64,000 nucleotides of DNA from a virus. Positions 20,251 through 28,533 of this stretch are shown piece by piece. The stretch lies in the IMG/VR virus record IMGVR_UViG_3300013131_000021; one strand, written 5' to 3'. The notes beneath the pieces are model-generated. The model was not told the origin of the DNA and searched no databases. It saw only the letters and a program-made list of their open reading frames with translations. A program made the position numbers and the translations under genes. Position 1 is the first letter of the stretch, and each line of letters begins with the position of its first letter.

Positions 20251-21360
20251 AGAGACTTATTATCTAAATTAGACAGCATCGTCAACGAAACAGAACTTAA
20301 AAATCAGGGAGACCTGGAAGCTAAACGAAAAGCTTTAGATGAATTAGAAGCTGATCCTGTAGCTGCAAAAGATCCTGAAATTTCAGCTGCCATAGATCAG
20401 CGTAGATTAGACTTAGAAAAAGAAGCCAAATCAAAAGGGTTTGCCGAAGAATTCGAAATAGGTGATGATTTTGGTATAAGTTTTTCTGAAGATTTTGAAA
20501 TCTCAACAGAAATTTTAGGGTTTGTAGAAGATGGAATCGTTATCGAACTGGATGATCAAGCATTAGAACATCTAACCAACGAAGGTATTATATTCATCGA
20601 TGGCGAATTATCTGAATCTATAGACGAAGCTCGTGGGCCTTGTTGGGTCGGATATAAACAAGAAGGAATGAAAAAGAAAGGCAACAAAATGGTGCCTAAT
20701 TGTGTAAAAGAAGATCACGGTCCAGAAGATCCTGATGCAGAGTACAACAAAGGCGAATACGATCGTGAAGGCGATATGGCCAAAGACGATCTAAGAACCT
20801 TAAACGATGCTGCTAAAGAATTGTACGGTATCATCCAAGCGGACGAAAACTTGCCAGAATGGGTACAGGCTAAGATCGTCAAAGCCATGGACTATCTAGA
20901 TACTGCACGTGATTATATGAAAGCCAACAAGTATGCAGAAGACTACGACATTGATGAAAGCGGATTACAATATTCAATAGGTGTAGATAAACACGGTAAA
21001 GATTATATGACCAAGGCTGCTAAACTTATGCGTAATGGCGGCACCCAGCAACAACTTGGTGCTCTAAGAGATAAAGAAAGCAAGGCATATAAAAACAAAA
21101 AAGAAGATTTCGAAGTTGATGAAGCAGAGTATCGTGGAAAAAATGTTCCGTTAGGTAAGAAACTGCCCGGTGATGTTAAGAAATCAAAAGTCTATGTACG
21201 CAAGCCTAACGGCAATATTGTCAAGGTAAACTTCGGCGATAAGAAGATGCGTATCAAGAAATCTAATCCGGCACGTAGACGCAGTTTCCGTGCTAGACAT
21301 AATTGTAAGAATCCCGGCCCGCGCTGGAAGGCACGCTATTGGTCTTGTAGGAGCTGGTAA
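20248..21360 (+). CDS. Mosaic acidic/basic multi-module protein, putative internal head protein
   Basis: Modules bounded by IDE|A, VKE|D, IDE|S, VDE|A; highly basic Cys-containing terminal module. Confidence 0.55.
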   Translation: MRDLLSKLDSIVNETELKNQGDLEAKRKALDELEADPVAAKDPEISAAIDQRRLDLEKEAKSKGFAEEFEIGDDFGISFSEDFEISTEILGFVEDGIVIELDDQALEHLTNEGIIFIDGELSESIDEARGPCWVGYKQEGMKKKGNKMVPNCVKEDHGPEDPDAEYNKGEYDREGDMAKDDLRTLNDAAKELYGIIQADENLPEWVQAKIVKAMDYLDTARDYMKANKYAEDYDIDESGLQYSIGVDKHGKDYMTKAAKLMRNGGTQQQLGALRDKESKAYKNKKEDFEVDEAEYRGKNVPLGKKLPGDVKKSKVYVRKPNGNIVKVNFGDKKMRIKKSNPARRRSFRARHNCKNPGPRWKARYWSCRSW

Positions 21361-21695
21361 TGCTTTTAAAAGAGATGTGGAGTCCTATAGGGGCGCCTAA
21401 AGTAGACGATCAAGAAATAGATTGGTTAGATGATTTACATTATCATATAGATAATAACGATTATCTGCTAAACAAATATTTTTTCCCCGCGGTTAAACGT
21501 CATAAAGAACATAAAGGTAATCCTAATGTTTTTAAGGTTTATATTAGACCTTTGGAAAAATGTAAAGAAAATTACTGCGAGCAATATAATATAGAAAATC
21601 CAGAAGAGAAATTTCCAAAAGAAAAGATAATTGAATTAGCGAAAAGATTTGCTGAAGAACAAGATAAACATATTGAAAAAGGCGATTACGATTAA
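21360..21695 (+). CDS. Hypothetical protein (MLLKE N-terminus)
   Basis: Coupled ORF within the internal-protein cluster. Confidence 0.55.
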   Translation: MLLKEMWSPIGAPKVDDQEIDWLDDLHYHIDNNDYLLNKYFFPAVKRHKEHKGNPNVFKVYIRPLEKCKENYCEQYNIENPEEKFPKEKIIELAKRFAEEQDKHIEKGDYD

Positions 21696-22942
21696 TGCTG
21701 TTAAAACAACTGTTCGAGTCTGATACTAAGCATGTCACATTCTGCTTCGGTAGGATAAATCCTCCTACCATTGGACACAAACAGGTTCTCGATACTATGA
21801 AAAGTCAAGGCGGAGATATGAAAATATTTGTCAGCCAAAGTCAAGATCCTAAAAAAAATCCTTTGGATTATTCTACAAAAATAAAATTTATTAAAGCTAT
21901 GTTTCCTGAATACGCAGGTGATGTAGTGGATGATGCTGGTCTAAATACCATAGTGAAAGTAGCTGCATATCTATACGACCAAGGTTATAATGCTGCAACT
22001 TTTGTAGCTGGTAGCGATCGATTAGAAGATATAAAAAAACTTCTAACACAGTATAATGGCGTCGAAGGTAAAGCTCACGGATTTTATAATTTTGAAGTTT
22101 TAGATTTTGTTTCAAGTGGTGAACGTGAAGACGGTGCAGAGGGAGTTGCAGGAGTTAGTGCCAGTGGTGCTAGAGCTGCTGCGGCCAATAATGATTTCTC
22201 AGCTTTCCAAGAAGCTACTGGCGCAGGCGAATTAGCCAAACCACTGTATGATGCTGTACGAAAAGGCATGGGCATCAAAGAAAGTGTCAGCGAAGGTTGG
22301 AAGAGCAAGGCTGCAGGTGCAGCTCTAGCTGCTGCTAACTTGCTAGGATCGCCTGCACAGGCCACAGACGAACCAGTGAAACCAATCACGATCGCTTATG
22401 TAAAAATAGATGGTGAAGTGCGAAGTTATAATCTCGGAGATAAATTTGCCAATGCTAGAGAAGCAGAAGAATTCATCACTAAAATTTTAGATAAACAAGG
22501 ACTCAGCGGATATTATCTCGAAATCAAACATGGTTATCCTAAGAAAAAAAATGAATCTATAAAAGAAGCTCCTATAGAAATGGATCCTGCAGACCCGATG
22601 GATCCCATGATCTATGGACACGATAAAGCCAACCCTGCAAAGTTAAAATATAGAATGCTGAGAGCAGCTAATCAAATCAAAGATCTTGCCAGTCGTGTAG
22701 ACAATGCTAGTCCTGCTGAATGGCAAACAATAACTCGTCAATTCGATGAATTGAAAATGAATGTTGAACAAATACGACATGCTCTAGAAGAACTAGCCAA
22801 GGTTCGTAAGAAGGGCGGGGTTCGTAGTCGTGGCATAGATAAATTTATCGATAGTATAGAAGAGGGATACGGACGTTATTGGTGTTCAACAGATAAGAAG
22901 TGGAAAACTCGAAAGGGTCCTAAACAGAGTAGAAAATCATGA
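21695..22942 (+). CDS. HIGH-superfamily nucleotidyltransferase domain fused to extra modules
   Basis: MLLKQLFE leader, FGRINPPTIGH (TxGH), KNPL, VAGSDR, SASGARAAA; unrelated modules follow VSE|G, IKE|A and IEE|G. Confidence 0.7.
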   Translation: MLLKQLFESDTKHVTFCFGRINPPTIGHKQVLDTMKSQGGDMKIFVSQSQDPKKNPLDYSTKIKFIKAMFPEYAGDVVDDAGLNTIVKVAAYLYDQGYNAATFVAGSDRLEDIKKLLTQYNGVEGKAHGFYNFEVLDFVSSGEREDGAEGVAGVSASGARAAAANNDFSAFQEATGAGELAKPLYDAVRKGMGIKESVSEGWKSKAAGAALAAANLLGSPAQATDEPVKPITIAYVKIDGEVRSYNLGDKFANAREAEEFITKILDKQGLSGYYLEIKHGYPKKKNESIKEAPIEMDPADPMDPMIYGHDKANPAKLKYRMLRAANQIKDLASRVDNASPAEWQTITRQFDELKMNVEQIRHALEELAKVRKKGGVRSRGIDKFIDSIEEGYGRYWCSTDKKWKTRKGPKQSRKS

Positions 22943-23883
22943 GAGCAAAAGAATTTATCATAGAAAATAAAAAAGATCGCAGAGCTAAAAAATACAATAT
23001 CAAGCCTCGTAACCCTATGGGTACTGCTCCTCAAACAGGTGCTGGCGCACACAAAGATAAAAAGAAAGCCGACAAACAAGGTGATGTCAAACACAAAGGC
23101 AAACAGTTTGACGAAGGTGTGGCGGAAGGCTCACTAAGTGAATTTGCACCAGGAGGTAATTCTTCGTCAAGTTATTATGCTGTCACTGCAAACTTTGTGA
23201 TTGATTTTGTTCAACAAAAAGAAGAAGAAACACAGGATCTAATAGATTCTGGATGGACAAAACAAGACTTGGAGCAATCAGGCCACTGGCAAGGTCAGGA
23301 AGCTGACATTACATATTTTGCACAGGTGCGTGATGGTTTCTTAAAAGGACTAAAGTCGGGGTTTGATGCATACTTGCAAGGTGACACACAGTTAAAAGAT
23401 CAGTTAGGTGAATACTGGATAGACAACGGTTTATCACTTAACCAAAACTGGAAAAAGATATACGGTGAACCTTGGGGCCGTGATGAGTATGATGAAAGCA
23501 TGATGGAAGCCACAGGTGATAACAAGTTTGATAAGATGCTTAAAGGTATCACAGGTAAAAAACCGGTAGCCAAACAACAAAAAGCAGATACCAAACAACA
23601 GGCACGTGGTGCTTTTGATAATATGTTTGGTGGAGGCAATCCTGCTGACAAACTTGGCATTAGGAAAAAAGGTGTGGCGGAAGATACCAATATCCCTTTT
23701 AATCAATGTCCGCATTGCCGTGGTCCTATCTTTCATGAAAGCTTAATAAATGAAAAACAGGATGCCTGTTATCATAAAGTTCGCAGCAGATATAAAGTAT
23801 GGCCTTCGGCATATGCTTCGGGTGCATTAGTTCAGTGTCGCAAGAAAGGTGCTAAGAATTGGGGTAATAAGAGTAAAAAATGA
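22939..23883 (+). CDS. Mosaic protein with a CTS-like N-terminus (MRAKEFIIE)
   Basis: Modules separated by GVAE|G, MME|A, GVAE|D and INE|K. Confidence 0.55.
   Translation: MRAKEFIIENKKDRRAKKYNIKPRNPMGTAPQTGAGAHKDKKKADKQGDVKHKGKQFDEGVAEGSLSEFAPGGNSSSSYYAVTANFVIDFVQQKEEETQDLIDSGWTKQDLEQSGHWQGQEADITYFAQVRDGFLKGLKSGFDAYLQGDTQLKDQLGEYWIDNGLSLNQNWKKIYGEPWGRDEYDESMMEATGDNKFDKMLKGITGKKPVAKQQKADTKQQARGAFDNMFGGGNPADKLGIRKKGVAEDTNIPFNQCPHCRGPIFHESLINEKQDACYHKVRSRYKVWPSAYASGALVQCRKKGAKNWGNKSKK
23114..23683 (+). repeat. 15-bp direct repeat AAGGTGTGGCGGAAG at 23114-23128 and 23669-23683
   Basis: Exact in-frame copies (encoding GVAE) 555 bp apart. Confidence 0.85.
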
Positions 23884-24488
23884 GATTTTTTGAAATAGAA
23901 GATTTTAGAAAAGTTCCGATAGAAAACTTTGTTCCTAAAGAAGAAGATCTAAACGACTTAAAATCTAAGTTTTTGCCCGATTGGGAAATGCTAGATCATC
24001 AATATCTCACTGCCAAATACGTAGCTAAAGATCACAGACACGCTTTTAAATTTATTGATTTTATAAATCGTCTTTCAGAAAAGATGGATCATTTCACTGA
24101 AGTAACTCAAGATGTTGCAGAAGTAAAAGTTCGCACATCAACTTTTGATGTAGAGGGCTTAACAATTTTAGATTTTAAAATAGCTCTTTATATAGATAGA
24201 TACGCAGAAAAAAACGACATAGAACAAGTTCGAATGAGCGGCAATTTCGGAATGCACGAGAATCTAAAACAATGGTTTAAAGATAAATGGGTTAGATTTG
24301 GTCCTGATGGAAAGATTCGTGGAAACTGCGCTAGAGGTTCAGATAAAGAAGGTAAACCTAAATGTCTGCCACAAAGTAAAGCTCACAGCCTAGGAAAAAA
24401 AGGGCGTGCCACCGCGGCAACTCGTAAACGCAGAGAAGATCCTAATCCAGAACGCAAAGGTGCAGCTAAAAATGTTAGAACTAAATGA
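23880..24488 (+). CDS. Pterin-4a-carbinolamine dehydratase-like domain fused to a basic C-terminal module
   Basis: PDWE...AF.FI..I..LSEKMDHF.EV....V.V.T.T.DV.GLT..DF pattern; basic module after MHE|N. Confidence 0.6.
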   Translation: MRFFEIEDFRKVPIENFVPKEEDLNDLKSKFLPDWEMLDHQYLTAKYVAKDHRHAFKFIDFINRLSEKMDHFTEVTQDVAEVKVRTSTFDVEGLTILDFKIALYIDRYAEKNDIEQVRMSGNFGMHENLKQWFKDKWVRFGPDGKIRGNCARGSDKEGKPKCLPQSKAHSLGKKGRATAATRKRREDPNPERKGAAKNVRTK

Positions 24489-24687
24489 CCTTAAGCGTCT
24501 AGCTGGAATAAACGAATTCAAAGGCTACCAGCCCTATGGTGGTAGCAACATAAGTATCACTGGTAATGAAAAAGGTGAACTCATGCGTAAGCACAATATT
24601 AAACCTGGAACTCCAGAATGGTTTCAGTTGTGGTTTAGCTTACCTTATCTAACCGGAGAAAAACCTGTGGGAGATAAAAATGGTTGA
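24472..24687 (+). CDS. Small protein ([15 protein letters not shown] leader)
   Basis: ATG at 24472; LKRLAGI-x-E leader; [11 protein letters not shown] motif. Confidence 0.55.
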   Translation: MLELNDLKRLAGINEFKGYQPYGGSNISITGNEKGELMRKHNIKPGTPEWFQLWFSLPYLTGEKPVGDKNG

Positions 24688-25006
24688 AATAACTGAAAAT
24701 GCAAAACAGAAAGTCATAGACTTATTGATTGATGAAAACAATCCAAACCTTATGCTTCGCACATTTGTCCAAGGCGGTGGTTGCAGTGGATTTCAATATG
24801 GATTCACATTCGACGAAGAACAGAACGAAGATGATTTCGAAATATCATTAGATGAGAAATGGAAATTAGTCGTTGATGCCATGAGTATGCAGTATCTAAC
24901 AGGAGCTGTAATCGATTATAGTGAGGATCTAAACGGCGCTAATTTCAGCATCAAAAATCCAAATGCACAAACTTCCTGTGGATGCGGATCAAGTTTTTCA
25001 GTATGA
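24680..25006 (+). CDS. erpA: A-type Fe-S cluster carrier (ErpA/IscA, HesB family)
   Basis: GGGCSGFQY and [14 protein letters not shown] motifs. Confidence 0.92.
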   Translation: MVEITENAKQKVIDLLIDENNPNLMLRTFVQGGGCSGFQYGFTFDEEQNEDDFEISLDEKWKLVVDAMSMQYLTGAVIDYSEDLNGANFSIKNPNAQTSCGCGSSFSV

Positions 25007-25009
25007 TAT

Positions 25010-26080
25010 ATGAGAGCTAAAGAATTTATATTAGAAAAAAGACGTAAAAGACCTCGCTGGGCAGCGTATGGTCCAGGACTATACGGTGGTTATGGTTATG
25101 ATTCTGGTTATAGTGGCGACGGAGTAGGAGAAGCGTCATATGAAGGAAATATAGGAATTATGGAGCTGTCCAAATTTTTCCAAACTGCTTCGGAAAAACA
25201 AAAAGAATTATTTAAGCAATTTTTAGAAAAAGGTAAAAAAGGTTTAGCTTGGAAATTGGTGCAAGATACTGTAGGTGTACAATTACAAGGAAAAGAATTC
25301 GAAGATCAACATCCAAACGAAAAATCTAGAGGTACTGAATTTAAACCAAAGAAACTTGTTGTCTTTGATATAGACGACACATTGGTCAATACTCAAACAA
25401 AAGTACATGTAATTAAAGATGGACGGGTGGTTGACAGTTTAAACAGTCATGACTTCACGCACTATAAACTAAAGCCTGAAGAGAGTTTTGATTTTGAAGA
25501 TTTCCGTAATGCCAAAGAATTCTTTGAAAAATCTAAACCAATTATACCTATGATGAATCAACTAAAGCGTGATATCGCCACAGGGAATAAAGTAGTAATG
25601 GTTACGGCTAGAGCAGACTTTGATGATAAAGTATTATTTTTAGACACTTTCCGCAAACATGGCGTAGACATAGATAAAGTACATGTTTATCGTGCAGGTA
25701 ATAGTAAACAAGGTACTACAGAAGAACGTAAAAAAGCCATCATTAAAAATCTTTTAGATAAAGATAATTACACCAAAGCTATTATGTATGATGATGCTAA
25801 ACCTAATCTACATACTTTCATAGAACTTAAACAAGATCATCCCAACACAAGATTCTATGCTTGGCATGTAAACTCAATAGGAAATGCATCTGAATATATG
25901 CGTGAAAACTTTGCTGATGGTAAAATTAAGGGTAAAAGTCGTCCTGGGCGGGTAAAGCGTGCTGGTGCTAGTTGCAATGGATCCGTTACAGATTTACGCA
26001 AACGTGCTAAAAATGCTTCGGGCGAAAAAGCCAAAATGTATCATTGGTGCGCTAATATGAAGAGCGGAAAAAATAAATAA
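25010..26080 (+). CDS. HAD-superfamily phosphatase domain within a CTS-led mosaic protein
   Basis: MRAKEFILE leader; VVFDIDDTL, VTAR, K, YDD motifs; basic module after MRE|N. Confidence 0.7.
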   Translation: MRAKEFILEKRRKRPRWAAYGPGLYGGYGYDSGYSGDGVGEASYEGNIGIMELSKFFQTASEKQKELFKQFLEKGKKGLAWKLVQDTVGVQLQGKEFEDQHPNEKSRGTEFKPKKLVVFDIDDTLVNTQTKVHVIKDGRVVDSLNSHDFTHYKLKPEESFDFEDFRNAKEFFEKSKPIIPMMNQLKRDIATGNKVVMVTARADFDDKVLFLDTFRKHGVDIDKVHVYRAGNSKQGTTEERKKAIIKNLLDKDNYTKAIMYDDAKPNLHTFIELKQDHPNTRFYAWHVNSIGNASEYMRENFADGKIKGKSRPGRVKRAGASCNGSVTDLRKRAKNASGEKAKMYHWCANMKSGKNK

Positions 26081-26086
26081 TATATT

Positions 26087-26347
26087 ATGAAAATACGTGA
26101 TATTTTAGAATCAGCTACCGCAGGTGCTACTAGTGCAGGTAATATTGCGGCGGTGAAAAATCCACATATCAGCCCCGGAAAAGCCCGAGGTAAAAAAAGT
26201 TATATAGGAAGTCCTACAAGTGGCAGTGGTACTAAATCTCCACCCCAACCAAAAGTAGTTCAGCCTAAAAACAAAGACGGAACAGCTAAAAATGCGCTAG
26301 ATCAACGTGCCAGTTTATTTGGTGAAGGCAATTACGTCAAAAGATAA
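26087..26347 (+). CDS. Small basic protein with a CTS-like leader (MKIRDILE|SATAG)
   Basis: TAAATA at 26074-26079; Lys/Gly/Pro-rich body. Confidence 0.6.
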   Translation: MKIRDILESATAGATSAGNIAAVKNPHISPGKARGKKSYIGSPTSGSGTKSPPQPKVVQPKNKDGTAKNALDQRASLFGEGNYVKR

Positions 26348-26376
26348 ATACATTATAAAACTTTAGGATCATCATT

Positions 26377-27678
26377 ATGGACTTTAAAACACTTATTACA
26401 AAAATCAGCGAGCTAGATGACAAAATTAACACTATCCCTGCTCCGGAATTACAAAAAGCTGTGCAGTTAAATGAGGATGCACAACTACGTGTATTAGCTG
26501 GTACTTCTTCTTACATTGCAGAAGCTAAGAAAAAAGCCGAAGAAAAGAAAGAAGATAAAGTAGATGAAGGTCAAGAAGATCTTAAGAAAGTTGGCGACAA
26601 AGTTAAAACTTCTAAAGGCGTGATGACAAAAACTGCTACAGGACTAAAGCATGAACGTTCTTATGAAAAAGAAAAAGACGAAGATGATGATGCTCCTAAA
26701 GCTAAAAAAGCAAAGAAAGAAAGTATTGAGCCTGAATTCAAATCTAAGTTCATGAAGATGGTTGAAGCTAAGAAAGAAGAAAAAGACGCTAAGAAAAAGA
26801 AAGAAAAGAAAATGGAAGAAGCTGTGACTCTTAAGCCTGGTGTTAAAGAAAAAGCAGAAAAAGAAAAAGCAGAAAGAGAAGCTGAAGCAAAACGCCGTGC
26901 AGAATCACCTGGCGTAAGTCTGAAGAAAAAACCAATGGGCGAAGCAGCCAAACCAGATTTCCTAGATCTCGACAAAGACGGTGACAAGAAAGAGCCTATG
27001 AAAGGTGCTGCCAAATCTAAAGGCGGCGATAAGAAAGAAGGTGGCAAGAAGGGCATGAGTGCTGCGCAGGCCAAATATTTCGGTGGCAAGAAAAATGAAT
27101 CGGTCAAAGCGTCTAAGAAAGTAGTTGCTGAGTCAGTTGAAACAGTCATGACATTCAAAGACATGGTCAAGCTAGTTCAGGAAAGCGGTGGACAACAACA
27201 GATCGATACATTAGACACTGAATTGTTTAATTGGGCGCAACGTGTTGCAAAAAATAAATTGGGTGAAGGTATGAAAGCAGATTTATATGCTGGTTTGATC
27301 TATGAGCGTAACGGCGGCAAGTTCGAAATGTACGACGTACTGGCAGAAAATCAAAAAAAAAAACTAAATGAATACGGAGATGATTATGAAGGAGATATTG
27401 ATCCAGATAATCCGCCGTTAGATGCTACTGGTATGGATTATTATGAAAAACATAATTCAAGAGATATGATGTGCCCATTTATTGCTAAACAAGCTGGCAT
27501 TCCGGATCAATCTCATCGCGTTCTTTATTTTGACGATGCCGATCTTGTTTTCTATGAGAAAAACGTAGCAAACTTAAATGATACAATTGGCGAAATGATC
27601 GAAAAAGTAAAATCGTTTATGCAAACCAATCCAAAGTATGCAAGCAGAACTATAAAATTAGCAGCGAATATGAGATAA
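26377..27678 (+). CDS. Lys/Glu-rich low-complexity protein, putative prohead core/scaffold or internal protein
   Basis: TAAATA at 26345-26350; many x-x-E|A/G/D boundaries; DFLDLDKDGDKKE motif. Confidence 0.55.
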   Translation: MDFKTLITKISELDDKINTIPAPELQKAVQLNEDAQLRVLAGTSSYIAEAKKKAEEKKEDKVDEGQEDLKKVGDKVKTSKGVMTKTATGLKHERSYEKEKDEDDDAPKAKKAKKESIEPEFKSKFMKMVEAKKEEKDAKKKKEKKMEEAVTLKPGVKEKAEKEKAEREAEAKRRAESPGVSLKKKPMGEAAKPDFLDLDKDGDKKEPMKGAAKSKGGDKKEGGKKGMSAAQAKYFGGKKNESVKASKKVVAESVETVMTFKDMVKLVQESGGQQQIDTLDTELFNWAQRVAKNKLGEGMKADLYAGLIYERNGGKFEMYDVLAENQKKKLNEYGDDYEGDIDPDNPPLDATGMDYYEKHNSRDMMCPFIAKQAGIPDQSHRVLYFDDADLVFYEKNVANLNDTIGEMIEKVKSFMQTNPKYASRTIKLAANMR

Positions 27679-27698
27679 TTAAATTAAAAATTGTAATT

Positions 27699-27731
27699 AA
27701 AAAAGCCAGTCATAGGTTGACTGGCTTTTTT
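27699..27731 (+). terminator. Intrinsic terminator
   Basis: AAAAAAGCCAGTCA-TAGGT-TGACTGGCTTTTTT ending the internal-protein cluster. Confidence 0.85.
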
Positions 27732-27766
27732 ATTGACTATATAATAGCTCTATAAGGAGATATTAT

Positions 27767-28033
27767 ATGGCTAAAATGTACGGTCCTGAAGAGCGAGCAA
27801 AATTAGAAAGACTGATCAACGAAGGCAGCAATGTGCTTCGTGAAGTTGAAGATCTACAAGAAGGTCTTAAAGAAACTGTCAAAGCGGTAGCAGAAGAGCT
27901 GCAGGTCAAACCAAGTATTATCAATAAAGCGATCAAGATTGCACATAAAGACAATTGGAAATCTCACGAAGAAGAATGGGATGAGATTGAAATGATTTTA
28001 GGCGTTACAAAGAAATTACCAGAGAAAGATTAA
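27767..28033 (+). CDS. Small helical DNA-binding protein (T4 DsbA/GapR-like)
   Basis: Pattern of extra copies/E..E.L...KETVK.V.EE..V.P..INK.IK.AH; AAGGAG RBS; upstream of the polymerase. Confidence 0.5.
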   Translation: MAKMYGPEERAKLERLINEGSNVLREVEDLQEGLKETVKAVAEELQVKPSIINKAIKIAHKDNWKSHEEEWDEIEMILGVTKKLPEKD

Positions 28034-28327
28034 ATGATCAATGATATTTTCCGACCAACCTTAGAATGGATAAAGGATGATTGGAATTCCAACCCTATTC
28101 GTTTTACTGTTGAGCTTTTTGCTTGGTTCATTAGCATTGGTTGTTCGATCGTCATGGCTTTTACAGTCCCCAATCCGCCCTTACTTATACTATATCCTAT
28201 ATGGATCCTTGGTTGTGCTATGTATGGTTGGGCTGCTTTTACTAGGAAATCATTTGGGATGTTGGCTAACTATTTATTGTTAGTCAGCATAGATTCTATC
28301 GGTTTAATAAGAATGATATTGCAATAA
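28034..28327 (+). CDS. Membrane protein
   Basis: Three hydrophobic segments. Confidence 0.6.
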   Translation: MINDIFRPTLEWIKDDWNSNPIRFTVELFAWFISIGCSIVMAFTVPNPPLLILYPIWILGCAMYGWAAFTRKSFGMLANYLLLVSIDSIGLIRMILQ

Positions 28328-28440
28328 TGTTAATAATAATTTTTACATTATTATCTTATTGGATATCTATGGGAATAATAACAGCAGCGATTATGTATAT
28401 CAGTTTGAAAATTGCTGTAATATGCGAAAAAAATTTCTGA
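28327..28440 (+). CDS. 37-aa hydrophobic peptide (absent from the ORF track)
   Basis: MLIIIFTLLSYWISMGIITAAIMYISLKIAVICEKNF; TAATG coupling to the upstream gene. Confidence 0.45.
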   Translation: MLIIIFTLLSYWISMGIITAAIMYISLKIAVICEKNF

Positions 28441-28476
28441 CTATCGTACAGAAAATAAATAACTGTGTGAAAAGTT

Positions 28477-28524
28477 TAATCAGCTATAAATGATTAGAGG
28501 GTATTTGCGAGCCACAAATCGCAA
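28477..28524 (+). promoter_or_regulatory. Tandem hairpins in the DNA polymerase leader (putative translational operator)
   Basis: TAATCA-GCTATAAA-TGATTA and TTGCGA-GCCACAAA-TCGCAA; the second abuts the SD AAGGAG (28523-28528). Confidence 0.65.
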
Positions 28525-28533
28525 GGAGAAAAG

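Noticed and set aside
27733-27756. Sigma70 promoter TTGACT...TATAAT after the terminator
   Set aside because: Spacing to TATAAT or TATAAG is about 1 or 12 bp rather than 16-18, so it is not supported as canonical.
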